In this document: one piece after another, positions 19,959-29,434 of the stretch
Position numbering within the stretch: position 1 is the first letter of the stretch
Layout of the letters: each line of letters opens with the position of its first letter
Assembly: GCA_963719505.1 (NCBI GenBank)
Contig: CAVRCF010000001.1
Span: 672,001-736,000, forward strand
Length of the DNA stretch: 64,000 nucleotides
Direction of reading: 5' to 3'
Source: Halobacteriovoraceae bacterium
Lineage (GTDB): Bacteria > Bdellovibrionota > Bacteriovoracia > Bacteriovoracales > Bacteriovoracaceae
Translations under genes and position numbers: made by a program
The notes under the pieces: model-generated
The model's database searches: none
Told to the model about the DNA's origin: nothing
What the model saw: only the letters and a program-made list of their open reading frames with translations

Positions 19959-20513
19959 CTATTTGAAATTTATTCCAAAAAAAGAAAGGAGGCTGAGAGC
20001 TTCAAATTTATCAAACGATGCGCCCTTTAATTGATTGTTGACTGGATTTATAGAGTAATCGGTCGCCGTGGTTAGATCACAGTTTCTAAGAGATGTGCTG
20101 TTAAAAACTGAGCGAGTTAGCTTGGATTTTATAAAAACTGACCTATCGAGAGTGGCTTGTGAAAAATCAATTTCAGCTAAGAGACAAGAATCAAAAATAA
20201 AATCCTTTACATCCATTCCAGAGAAAACATTAAAGCTCAGGTTTGAATGCTTAAACTTGAGATCAACTATTCTTCCAGTGGAGGTCCAGTTTATGCCAAG
20301 AAACTTACATTCTGTAAAAGTGCAGTCGTTTAAAGTCGAATGTGTAAAGGAACAATTGCTTAGATCACACTCACGAAATGAACATTCCTCAAAAAGAGAA
20401 TTACTAATGGGGGTGGAGTTGAGGTGGCATCCTTCGAAGACGCAATTATAAAACTCGTGGCGTGTGTTAAAAGCTATCTTTGTGAGATCAATAGTTTCAT
20501 CCTCAAAGGTCAT
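19959..20513 (-). CDS. Pentapeptide repeat protein
   Basis: Repeating 5-residue units (CSFRE CDLSN CSFTH, IDFSQ ATLDR). Confidence 0.88.
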   Translation of the reverse strand: MTFEDETIDLTKIAFNTRHEFYNCVFEGCHLNSTPISNSLFEECSFRECDLSNCSFTHSTLNDCTFTECKFLGINWTSTGRIVDLKFKHSNLSFNVFSGMDVKDFIFDSCLLAEIDFSQATLDRSVFIKSKLTRSVFNSTSLRNCDLTTATDYSINPVNNQLKGASFDKFEALSLLSFFGINFK

Positions 20514-21244
20514 CTGATATCCATGATAAGGCGAAACTGTCTTCTAAATCTCTCAACAGCTCTTACTTCTTGTTGATAAATTTTGATTTTTGCAGGGTCA
20601 TTTTTGTCTAAGTCGACCGAGGAATTACCTAAATACTCTACCTCTGCAGACATTTCATCATTTAGCCTTTCAATCTCTTGAGTTTTTGGCAAGTTGTGCT
20701 TTTTCATAATAGTGATAAGAATATCACTAAGGACACTCGTCTGGATAAGGTTTCCAGGATTAGACAGTTGAATGATGAGTTTATTCTTTAACTGTTCTTT
20801 CTGTTTGAAACTCAGGGCTTCAAGCCCATTATTTACCGTCTGGTAGAATTGAATCCAATTTAATGATTCGACTTCTTCATCTGTTGAAATTTTTAATTGT
20901 TGGCCGGCCACTTCACTGCATGGAGAAGAGAGAAAAGCGTCGAGTTTTTTAAAGGTGGAGAGCTTACTTTTTAAAATAAGATTACAACTTTTGATCGCTT
21001 TATCATTTGAAATATACTCTTTTGGAGCTTGATTTTGACTCGTGACCTTAGGGATTTTCTTAAAAACTGTTCTACCTTTAGGTTGAGGCGCTAATTGGGG
21101 CTTTGCTTTAATCTTCTTGGCTTGATATTGAGTTGATTCGTTGAAATGCTCAAAATTAAAATCGGAACTTGTTTGGCGGTAAATAACAAAGCCGATGACA
21201 ATGGCTATGAGGCTAAAAAGTGCAGGCTTCAGGTAGTGAAGCAT
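20510..21244 (-). CDS. Hypothetical membrane-anchored protein
   Basis: 244-aa ORF with N-terminal TM; ATGA overlap with the downstream gene. Confidence 0.65.
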   Translation of the reverse strand: MLHYLKPALFSLIAIVIGFVIYRQTSSDFNFEHFNESTQYQAKKIKAKPQLAPQPKGRTVFKKIPKVTSQNQAPKEYISNDKAIKSCNLILKSKLSTFKKLDAFLSSPCSEVAGQQLKISTDEEVESLNWIQFYQTVNNGLEALSFKQKEQLKNKLIIQLSNPGNLIQTSVLSDILITIMKKHNLPKTQEIERLNDEMSAEVEYLGNSSVDLDKNDPAKIKIYQQEVRAVERFRRQFRLIMDIR

Positions 21245-21475
21245 TTAATTATTTTCGTTAGTTTGGATTTCGTAGTCATCTTTTGCATGAGTTTCAATCT
21301 TTTTAATCTTCTTTTCTGGTGAGACGTAGACCTTGCGTGAAGGAGTATATTCTGGAGGTGCACCAAAGACTTTATCGATTTTTTCAACTGTAGATTTTTC
21401 TGCAAGTTTGTCTTTAGCGATAAAGATCAGAGCAATGAGAAGAGCACACACAATCGCGGTCGTTAGTTTTTTCAT
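21245..21475 (-). CDS. Small hypothetical membrane-anchored protein
   Basis: 76 aa with N-terminal TM; TAATG coupling to gmhA. Confidence 0.6.
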   Translation of the reverse strand: MKKLTTAIVCALLIALIFIAKDKLAEKSTVEKIDKVFGAPPEYTPSRKVYVSPEKKIKKIETHAKDDYEIQTNENN

Positions 21476-22059
21476 TAGCTATAGTGCTCCGGATATAACT
21501 TGCGCTCAATACCTTCAATAAAGATATGGATAATTTTGATATGTATTTCTTGAATACGATCAGTGATCGGGCAATCAACAATTAAAGGCACATCAACCAT
21601 GTCCTTTAGCTTTCCACCGTCTTTACCTAAAAGTCCAACCACATGCATGCCTTGTGCTTTGGCTTTTTCAACAGCAAGGATAACATTTTGAGAGTTTCCA
21701 CTTGTTGAGATGGCCAAGAGGGTATCGTGCTTCTTGCCCCACGCCTGAACGTGTCTTGAGAAGATATACTCATATCCATAGTCATTGGCGACACAAGTGA
21801 TGTGACTTGGGTCACCCATATTAATAGCAGCGATAGGATCTCTGTCTTTTCTATATCTTCCGGTAAGCTCTTCAACAAAATGCATTGAATCGCACATTGA
21901 ACCACCGTTCCCACAAGCCATTATTCTGCCGTCGTAGTCTTTGATAGTCTCAACAAACTTTTCTACAGCTAATTCAATTAAAGCTATATTTTTTTCATCG
22001 CCTATAAATTTATCTAAGACTTCTTTTGACTGTATAAGTGAGTTTTTAATATATTCCAT
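21475..22059 (-). CDS. gmhA: D-sedoheptulose 7-phosphate isomerase
   Basis: CGNGGS, ANDYGY, ISTSGNS and DRIQEIH SIS-domain motifs. Confidence 0.93.
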   Translation of the reverse strand: MEYIKNSLIQSKEVLDKFIGDEKNIALIELAVEKFVETIKDYDGRIMACGNGGSMCDSMHFVEELTGRYRKDRDPIAAINMGDPSHITCVANDYGYEYIFSRHVQAWGKKHDTLLAISTSGNSQNVILAVEKAKAQGMHVVGLLGKDGGKLKDMVDVPLIVDCPITDRIQEIHIKIIHIFIEGIERKLYPEHYS

Positions 22060-22078
22060 CAGTATTCCAAATTTTTAC

Positions 22079-22109
22079 AAAAAAAAAGACCAGCAAAATG
22101 CCGGCCTCG
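22079..22109 (-). terminator. Intrinsic terminator after trxA
   Basis: GAGGCCGGC-loop-GCTGGTC hairpin (with G-U pairs) followed by a long T run on the minus strand. Confidence 0.55.
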
Positions 22110-22122
22110 TCATTTCTTATGA

Positions 22123-22443
22123 TTAAACTAAATCGTTTATATTTTTTAAGATTTCAGCTTTTGGTTGATTCCCAACAAGTGTGCTTTTTACTTCACCATC
22201 TTTGAAGAAAATGAGAGTTGGTATGCCGCGAATTCCATATTGCTGAGCCAATTCACCTGCTTCATCTACATTTACCTTAACAACTTTTGCACCTTCAACT
22301 TCAGATGCTACTTCATCAAGAATTGGAGCAAGGGCCTTACAAGGACCACACCATTCAGCCCAGAAGTCTACGATGACTGGCTTGTCTGACTTAATAACTT
22401 CACTATCAAAATTTTCTTTATTTACACTTAAAGCACTGCTCAT
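22123..22443 (-). CDS. trxA: Thioredoxin
   Basis: WAEWCGPCK and GIPTL. Confidence 0.96.
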   Translation of the reverse strand: MSSALSVNKENFDSEVIKSDKPVIVDFWAEWCGPCKALAPILDEVASEVEGAKVVKVNVDEAGELAQQYGIRGIPTLIFFKDGEVKSTLVGNQPKAEILKNINDLV

Positions 22444-22596
22444 AATATTCTCCTAAAGCCGTAATACTTAATTCAAAGATTAGCATAGGTGTTTTAAAAT
22501 AACTACCTAGAGATTGTAACTTTAGGTTACTTGCTTTGCGTCAAGGGCAAGTAATTACATGTTTTAATAAGGGCAAATATTAGATATCATAAGGGA

Positions 22597-23112
22597 ATGA
22601 AAAAGAAGTACTTGCTAAAGTCAGGCATTAATACAGCGAGATTTACCAGGCTGATTGCAAAATCTATCGATCTTTTTATTGTCTTAATCTTGTCCCTGCT
22701 TTTTTACCCTTTTGGACTTTTAATTGCTCTGTTTTATATTGGTATTTCCGATTTTCTCAGCCAGGGCCAATCTGTTGGTAAAAAAATCATGGGCTTCTCC
22801 GTTATATCACTTGAAGATGGAAAGCCATGTTCACTAAAGCAATCTATTATTAGAAATCTTCCTATTCTCATTCCAATGGGCTTTGCCATCATACCGTTGT
22901 GGGGATGGATTCTGTGTTGCATTTTGACGATACCTTTAATGCTTCTAGAAGTTTATTTACTTTTTAAACTTGATTCGGGGCACCGTCTAGGAGATGTAAT
23001 GGCCGATACGACTGTTATTGCAGACGATCACGACAGAGTCGACCTTCGCAAGAACAAGGAATCCTGGTTTGAAGAGAAAAACTTGTCGCCATGTAATCGT
23101 TCAATGATGTAA
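22597..23112 (+). CDS. RDD family membrane protein
   Basis: RLIAKSID, GQSVGKKIMG, IIRN and RLGDVMADT. Confidence 0.88.
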   Translation: MKKKYLLKSGINTARFTRLIAKSIDLFIVLILSLLFYPFGLLIALFYIGISDFLSQGQSVGKKIMGFSVISLEDGKPCSLKQSIIRNLPILIPMGFAIIPLWGWILCCILTIPLMLLEVYLLFKLDSGHRLGDVMADTTVIADDHDRVDLRKNKESWFEEKNLSPCNRSMM

Positions 23113-23140
23113 AATAGCTCCCATACCACAGGGAGTAAAA

Positions 23141-25783
23141 ATGAAGAAAAGACTTATCATTGTTGATATTAGTAGTTTTATATTTCGCGCCTTCTTTGCG
23201 ATAAGACCTATGACAACTCCAAAGGGCGAGCCAGTAAATGCCGTTTATGGTGTTCTATCAATGCTCTCTAAATTAATTACCGCTTATGATCCAAGTCATA
23301 TTGTTCTCGCAAGGGACACCAGTGGTGGTTCTTTTCGAAATGAAATTTATCCTGAATACAAAGCAAACCGTGGAGCTCCACCTGATGATCTGATTCCTCA
23401 GTTTGCGATGATAAATAAACTAATAGAGGTAATGAAAATACCAAATATTGTGATGCCGGGATTCGAAGCCGACGACCTCATTGGCTCGCTTGCTGTTCAG
23501 ATGAAAGACTCCTTTGACGAGGTTCTTATTGCCTCAGGTGATAAAGATCTTATGCAGTTTGTAGATGATAAAGTAAAAATGCTCGATACCATGAAAGATA
23601 AAACTTATGGACGAGACGAAGTCAAAGAGAAAATGGGTGTGTGGCCTGAGCAGGTCATGGATTATCTCTCTTTAATCGGGGATGCATCTGATAATATTCC
23701 TGGAGTCAAAGGAATTGGAGCAAAGGGAGCCAGCAAACTCCTTGAGGAATTCCCAACTCTTGATGAGCTTATTAAAAATATTGATAAGATCTCGAACAAA
23801 AGAGCGAAGACGGCTCTTGAAAAAGGAATTGAGTCTGCTCACCTTTCTAAAAAATTAGTCGCCATTGTCCAAAACTTGGAACTTAAAATGGAGCCCAAAG
23901 ATCTTGCTTACTCATTAGAGCCAAATGATGAGCTTCTCGAATATTTAGATGAACTGAATTTTAAGTCATTTCGAAATAAGTTAAAAACAAATAGCACTGC
24001 ACTTATTGAAAAACCCAATACATTTGTAAAATACGATACGGTTAAAGATGAGAAGAAATGGAGTAAGGTTTTAGAGCTTGTGGAAAAACATGACTCTCTT
24101 TTCATGGATTGCGTCTTTCAAGGTGAAAGCTATCATGACCTTAGCCCCTTTGCATTTTCTCTATCAGTTGGAGAGTCGAATTTTGTGATTTATCCAGAGG
24201 GGTTAAAATCTTTTACTGAGCTTATGATGGATATCCTCCATAGCAGTAAGACGATACTTATTTCCTCGAACAATATTAAACCGATTATTTGTTGTGCTTT
24301 TTCTAAAGAGTATGTCATTCCCAACCCTCTTTTTGATTGCTCTCAAGCCCACTTTATTCTTGATGCTGATAAAAAACATGACCTAGCAACAATCGTCGAG
24401 GAGACGCTGAGAGAGAAAGTTCTGACCCTTAAAGAGCTTTCTAAAGAGAGTCTCGAGCAGGAGCAATCTGTTAGAAATTTTGAATACGCACTTGCAAGGC
24501 GTTCTTACTTTGGTATCCGCTCATATCCTTGGTTGATGAAAAGGTTGCAGGAAGAATCCCTTGAGGAACTCTACCAGACAATGGATCTTCCTTTAATCAC
24601 GATCCTTGCAGAAATGGAAATGAGAGGAATTGACCTTGATGTTAATTTCTTTGAAAAAGTAGAAAAAAACTTTCAAAAGCAAGTTGATGATATCGATGCT
24701 GAAATTCAAAAAACAGCCGGTGGAGAAGTTAATCTAAAATCTCCAAAGCAAGTGAGTGGTCTTTTATTTGAGCAACTTGGCTTACCAATAATTAAAAAAA
24801 CTAAAACGGGTGCCTCTACAGATTCAAGTGTATTGGAAACTCTCGCTAATATGGGGGAGAGTGATATTCCGGCCATGATAATTAAATATAGAGAGATAGA
24901 GAAATTACTTTCTACTTATGTGAAGACGCTTCCTAAGATGATCGATGTAAAAGGAAAAATACATTCTCACTTCAATCAAAATATTGCCTCAACCGGAAGA
25001 CTTTCAAGTGATAAACCAAATCTCCAAAATATTCCGATTCGATCAGAGAATGGAAGAATGCTGCGAAAGGGTTTTGTTCCAGAACCAGGCTGTGTTTTAT
25101 TGGGAGCTGACTATTCTCAGGTTGAGCTTAGAATACTGGCCCACTTCTCTGAAGATGATACGATGATTAAGGCCTTTAATAATAATGAAGATATTCACGC
25201 GCAAACAGCAGCTGAAGTTATGGGGATCGACCTTAAAGATGTGACAAGTGATCTTCGTTCTCAGGCTAAAGCTGTAAACTTTGGACTTATGTATGGTCAA
25301 GGAGCCTTCGGTCTTTCTCAACAACTGGGAATTTCAAGAGGAGAGGCGCAAAGCTATATAACGTCCTACTTTGAAAATTTTAGCAAAGTAAAAGCCTTTC
25401 TTGATACTTTAAAGGAAGATTGCGAAGCTAAGGGCTATACGGAAACACTCTTTGGAAGAAAAAGAGTCCTTAAAGATATCAATTCATCAAATCGCCAGAT
25501 GAAGTCAATGGCTGAAAGGATGGCGATTAATACGCCAATTCAAGGAACCGCTGCTGATATTATAAAGAAAGCAATGTTAACCATTGATAAAGAAATGAAA
25601 GCAAATAACCTTAAGTCTAAGATGCTTCTTCAGGTTCACGATGAACTGATCTTTAACATACCTGAAGATGAAGTCGAAATGATGAAAATTTTAGTAAAGG
25701 ATAATATGGAAAATGTCGTTACCCTTAAAGTACCTTTGAAGGTGGATATGGGTGTAGGTAACGACTGGTTTGAATTAAAGTGA
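23141..25783 (+). CDS. polA: DNA polymerase I
   Basis: 5'-3' exonuclease (YKANR, EADD, GDASDNIPGV); polymerase motifs TGRLSS, ADYSQVELR, KAVNFG, LQVHDEL. Confidence 0.97.
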   Translation: MKKRLIIVDISSFIFRAFFAIRPMTTPKGEPVNAVYGVLSMLSKLITAYDPSHIVLARDTSGGSFRNEIYPEYKANRGAPPDDLIPQFAMINKLIEVMKIPNIVMPGFEADDLIGSLAVQMKDSFDEVLIASGDKDLMQFVDDKVKMLDTMKDKTYGRDEVKEKMGVWPEQVMDYLSLIGDASDNIPGVKGIGAKGASKLLEEFPTLDELIKNIDKISNKRAKTALEKGIESAHLSKKLVAIVQNLELKMEPKDLAYSLEPNDELLEYLDELNFKSFRNKLKTNSTALIEKPNTFVKYDTVKDEKKWSKVLELVEKHDSLFMDCVFQGESYHDLSPFAFSLSVGESNFVIYPEGLKSFTELMMDILHSSKTILISSNNIKPIICCAFSKEYVIPNPLFDCSQAHFILDADKKHDLATIVEETLREKVLTLKELSKESLEQEQSVRNFEYALARRSYFGIRSYPWLMKRLQEESLEELYQTMDLPLITILAEMEMRGIDLDVNFFEKVEKNFQKQVDDIDAEIQKTAGGEVNLKSPKQVSGLLFEQLGLPIIKKTKTGASTDSSVLETLANMGESDIPAMIIKYREIEKLLSTYVKTLPKMIDVKGKIHSHFNQNIASTGRLSSDKPNLQNIPIRSENGRMLRKGFVPEPGCVLLGADYSQVELRILAHFSEDDTMIKAFNNNEDIHAQTAAEVMGIDLKDVTSDLRSQAKAVNFGLMYGQGAFGLSQQLGISRGEAQSYITSYFENFSKVKAFLDTLKEDCEAKGYTETLFGRKRVLKDINSSNRQMKSMAERMAINTPIQGTAADIIKKAMLTIDKEMKANNLKSKMLLQVHDELIFNIPEDEVEMMKILVKDNMENVVTLKVPLKVDMGVGNDWFELK

Positions 25784-26173
25784 CCTATTTCCTTTATCAA
25801 CAGCTTCAATGGAGTCAAGATTTAGTTCAGAGCATCCACTAAAGACATCTTTTGTTGTGTTAAATGAATTCGCGTTAAGAAAAACTTTCTCAATCATTGA
25901 TCTTCTATCTGTGTTCTCAAGCCTTGTCCAAAAACGGGTTGCCGAAGTGACAGAAAAGCTAATCTTTTTTCCTGCTTTGAAAACTCTATTGCGAACAACA
26001 GGTGACACCTCTAGGAGTACGCCACAAGATGTTCTCACTTCTATAACATTAGCTGGGATGAAGATATCCTGAGTGGTAGAGATGTGAACGAGATCTCCCT
26101 CTAAGAATCTTGAGTCATAAGCGAAGGCTGAAAATGCCATCATAAAAGAGAGTAAAATAAATAAATTCTTCAT
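25775..26173 (-). CDS. Hypothetical secreted protein
   Basis: Signal peptide ending SAFA; SD AAGGA. Confidence 0.65.
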   Translation of the reverse strand: MKNLFILLSFMMAFSAFAYDSRFLEGDLVHISTTQDIFIPANVIEVRTSCGVLLEVSPVVRNRVFKAGKKISFSVTSATRFWTRLENTDRRSMIEKVFLNANSFNTTKDVFSGCSELNLDSIEAVDKGNRSL

Positions 26174-26258
26174 TCTTTTTTCCTTATTGAGTTTCCTCCA
26201 TCATAAAGGAAAACCCAACTTAATTGGGAAATAGAGGAGAATGAGTGAAATATTTACC

Positions 26259-27616
26259 TGTATAAAGATTCGACAATTATGTCCTATCCTGTTGTTTCTG
26301 GGCAATTATGTCCGGTTAATTTCTGAGCGATTATGTCCTATCAGACTTTAAGCGCTTTTTCTGTGTTTCGACTTATCACCATAGTCACTTAATCTTTTCC
26401 TATTACTAACTTTACATTGAACTTTTCTGCCCATCACATCGAAGCTGTAGCTTCCATCAAGGTGAATATTTATATTGATTTCTCGTCCATAGAAACACCT
26501 TTTTTCATCCAACACCCAAGTCACATTCTCCCAACTAAATACATTTCCAACCATAATTTTTCGCCTAATCTTTTTACAAAATATAATATCTAGGTCTCCA
26601 AAAACATTTTTTCTCCAGGCTTTTTCTTCTTCTTCTTCGGCTTTGACTGAGAATTGAAAATTGTATGCAGGAATAAAAATCTCTTTTAAGTAATAATTGG
26701 CTTCTTCAATATTTGTTATGTGATTAAATTCTAACTCCGCTACCAGTCTGTCTTGGAATGTTCTCCAGAGTCTCTCTATTCTTCCCTTTGCTTGAGAAGA
26801 ACCTGCTAAGATTAATTGAATTCCTGTTTGATCAAATGCTCTCGAAATTTGTGATTCCCACTCGCGCTCTTTCTTACCATAAATACCTGCTTGGTCCATA
26901 TAGAAACTTTCTGGCAATCCATAGTTATCAACGATCTCCCTAATCACCTTCAGAGAGTTATTTGACGTCTCTCCATAGAAAAATTCAGCACCAACAACAA
27001 TCCCGGTAGCATCATCAATTCCTCCAATCAAATCAGTTCTTTCATCACCGAACCAAGTATGATCACTTCCATCAAACTGAATCATCATCCCTTCTTTTGG
27101 AAGTCTTGCTCTTGGTTTATGGCACCGTCTTCCTCTTCGTTTAGGATGTTTTACAAGGCAATGTTTCCTAGCAATTGAGTGAAGTGCATCTTTTTTGATT
27201 TTAATTTCCTCATACTCTTCTATCTTTTCTCGAAAATGAGTTAGATTAAAGTTTCGATATTGATTTTTTAGAAGAGAGACTATTTTTTCTTCAACTTCGA
27301 ATGGAGTTTTATTGTGAGGAGTTCGATTAATGTTTCCATGTAAGACACCAATCGAACCCTTGGCCTTAACTTTATTGATAATTCTCTGAGATTGTCGATA
27401 CGATTTTCCAATCTGTTCAGAGAAGGAAATTATAGTTAACTTACCTTCAATAACATCCATGGCCAGGCGATACTGCTTCAATTCTTTTTGTGACATAGTG
27501 ACTTTTCCCATTCAATTCCCCTAATAACTGATTGGAATCAGGGTACATAAATATTATTGAATAGGACATAATCGCTGAGAAATAAGGATAGGACATAATC
27601 GTCTAGTTTCTATACA
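26259..27616 (-). mobile_element. Insertion sequence of IS1202/ISNCY type, about 1358 bp
   Basis: TGT...ACA termini; 32-bp imperfect IRs (TGTATAAAGATTCGACAATTATGTCCTATCCT vs TGTATAGAAACTAGACGATTATGTCCTATCCT); internal ATTATGTCC repeats; single transposase. Confidence 0.85.
26348..27511 (-). CDS. DDE transposase (IS1202/ISNCY family, integrase core)
   Basis: N-terminal HTH; QFDGSDHTW, IDDATG, YMDQAG and SQAKGRIERLWRTFQDRL. Confidence 0.92.
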   Translation of the reverse strand: MGKVTMSQKELKQYRLAMDVIEGKLTIISFSEQIGKSYRQSQRIINKVKAKGSIGVLHGNINRTPHNKTPFEVEEKIVSLLKNQYRNFNLTHFREKIEEYEEIKIKKDALHSIARKHCLVKHPKRRGRRCHKPRARLPKEGMMIQFDGSDHTWFGDERTDLIGGIDDATGIVVGAEFFYGETSNNSLKVIREIVDNYGLPESFYMDQAGIYGKKEREWESQISRAFDQTGIQLILAGSSQAKGRIERLWRTFQDRLVAELEFNHITNIEEANYYLKEIFIPAYNFQFSVKAEEEEEKAWRKNVFGDLDIIFCKKIRRKIMVGNVFSWENVTWVLDEKRCFYGREININIHLDGSYSFDVMGRKVQCKVSNRKRLSDYGDKSKHRKSA

Positions 27617-27645
27617 GTTTTAGCATCACCCCAAAAGAACGGGGT

Positions 27646-27673
27646 AAAAAAAAAGCTCCACATAAAGTGGAGC
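27646..27673 (-). terminator. Intrinsic terminator after the peroxiredoxin gene
   Basis: GCTCCAC-N5-GTGGAGC followed by T9 on the minus strand. Confidence 0.75.
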
Positions 27674-27700
27674 CTTCTTCAATCTTAATTAAAAATCAAA

Positions 27701-28288
27701 CTATTTGTTGTTTGAAAGGTACTCAGCAACACCAGCCGCAGTTGGCTTCATTGCTTTTTCACCTTTCTTCCAGTTTGCTGGACAAACTTCTCCATGCTCT
27801 TCAACATACTGAAGGGCATCGACAACTCTAAGAGCTTCATCTACGTTTCTTCCTAATGGAAGATCGTTGATTGTTGAGTGTCTAACAATACCTTTTTTAT
27901 CGATCAAGAATAGTCCTCTAAGAGCAACTTCTTCTCCGAAAAGTACACCGTAATCTCTTGCGATACTTTTTGATTTGTCAGCAATTAGTGGGTAGCTGAT
28001 TTCGCCAATTCCACCTTTTTCTACTGGTGTATTTCTCCAAGCAAAGTGAGAAAATTCAGAGTCAACTGAACAACCTAAAAGTTGAACGCCTCTTTCTTTA
28101 AACTCATCATTCTTTTTGCTGAAAGCAATAATTTCTGAAGGACAAACAAATGTAAAATCTAGAGGATAAAAATAAAGAATAACTTCTTTACCTTTATAAT
28201 CCGATAAACTTACTTCTTTGATCTCTCCGTTTTCCATTACTGCAGTCGCTTTGAAATCCGGTGCTGGTTTTGTTACTAATGATGTCAT
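27701..28288 (-). CDS. ahpC: 2-Cys peroxiredoxin (AhpC/TSA)
   Basis: [12 protein letters not shown] and GEVCPANW; start at MTSLV with SD AAGGAG. Confidence 0.93.
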   Translation of the reverse strand: MTSLVTKPAPDFKATAVMENGEIKEVSLSDYKGKEVILYFYPLDFTFVCPSEIIAFSKKNDEFKERGVQLLGCSVDSEFSHFAWRNTPVEKGGIGEISYPLIADKSKSIARDYGVLFGEEVALRGLFLIDKKGIVRHSTINDLPLGRNVDEALRVVDALQYVEEHGEVCPANWKKGEKAMKPTAAGVAEYLSNNK

Positions 28289-28351
28289 AATATCTCCTTG
28301 GTGATAGTTATTTTCTTTAGTCATTATTGATGAAAATCTAGCATAATCATA

Positions 28352-28388
28352 ATTGAAAATCTCTATTTGGGTAATAGGTAAAATCTAT
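28352..28388 (-). promoter_or_regulatory. OxyR binding site upstream of ahpC
   Basis: Minus strand ATAG-N7-CTAT-N7-ATAG-N7-CAAT, a 15/16 match to the OxyR tetramer consensus. Confidence 0.85.
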
Positions 28389-28423
28389 CGTCTAAGTCTT
28401 TGTAATCGTTTAGGGTGATCGCG

Positions 28424-29374
28424 TTATTCTCGACCAATTTCAATAACTTCTTGCCCTTTAGGGTTAAAGTCTCTTAAATCATCTGGGACAACGGCTAAAA
28501 TTTCTTCCTCGAGAGCACCCATCACTTTCAGCTTAACGCAGTGTTTGCTGTGCACGAGAGAAACTTCTCGCGTTGGTATTGGTCTGACAAATGGCCTTAA
28601 AAGTTTCTTTTGTGAGCTTGGCAGTTGTTTTGTGGCCATGTCTGGCAGGAGAGTATAGCCAGAGCCTGTCAGCACCATATTCTTTAAGGTTTCAAAATTA
28701 CCTGATTCGAAGTTAATAGGATTCTTCGGACCATTGGGATCTCTTTTTTGACACAGCTTTAGCACTTGATCTCTAAAACAATTTCCTTTGTTGAGAAGCC
28801 ATATTTCATTGATATCTAGAAATTCCTCTTTTATTTTTGCTTTCTTACTTAGAGGGTGGTCTGGAGAGACAAATAGATGAAAGGGCTCGTAGTAGAGAAC
28901 TTTCTCGACAATACTTTTTTCGTGAAGAGGTGTGACAAGAATACCGGCATCTATCTCATCACTTTTTAGAAGTTCAATAATCTCTTCTGTTTTATTTTCC
29001 GTAATCATAAGATTCACTTTTGGAAACTTCGTTGTAAATTCCTGAATAAAAAGTGGGATAATAAAAGGACTGAGAGTCGGGATGACAGAGAGTCTAAAGT
29101 CTCCAGTGATTTCACCTTTGCTCTCGTCTATAATACTAAAGAGTTTGTTTTGTTCAAAGATGATAACACGAGCTTGCTCTATAATGGCACGTCCTTCATC
29201 GGTTGGTTGAATCGGAGACTTTGAGCGATCGAAGATTGTCACTTGGAGCTCATCCTCTAGTTTTTGAAGTTGCATGCTAAGAGTGGGTTGTGTCACAAAA
29301 CAACTCTCGGCAGCTCTGCCGAAGTGTTGATGCTTGTTAACGGCCAATACATATTCTAATTGTGTCAAAGTCAT
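28424..29374 (-). CDS. oxyR: LysR-family peroxide sensor OxyR
   Basis: HFGRAAESCFVTQPTLS HTH; redox Cys pair GNCFRDQVLKLC; adjacent to ahpC. Confidence 0.9.
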   Translation of the reverse strand: MTLTQLEYVLAVNKHQHFGRAAESCFVTQPTLSMQLQKLEDELQVTIFDRSKSPIQPTDEGRAIIEQARVIIFEQNKLFSIIDESKGEITGDFRLSVIPTLSPFIIPLFIQEFTTKFPKVNLMITENKTEEIIELLKSDEIDAGILVTPLHEKSIVEKVLYYEPFHLFVSPDHPLSKKAKIKEEFLDINEIWLLNKGNCFRDQVLKLCQKRDPNGPKNPINFESGNFETLKNMVLTGSGYTLLPDMATKQLPSSQKKLLRPFVRPIPTREVSLVHSKHCVKLKVMGALEEEILAVVPDDLRDFNPKGQEVIEIGRE

Positions 29375-29434
29375 TTCGAAATCATAGCAAAAGATAAGTA
29401 GATGTAAAATATCAAATAGGATAAACTGATCGGT

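Noticed and set aside
19959..20513. Pentapeptide protein as a Qnr quinolone-resistance gene
   Set aside because: Generic repeats in a chromosomal operon; I could not recognise Qnr-specific features.
26273..26343. Short ATTATGTCC direct repeats resembling a mini CRISPR array or iterons
   Set aside because: They recur inverted at the other end of the transposase, so they are IS terminal binding sites. No cas or rep gene is present.
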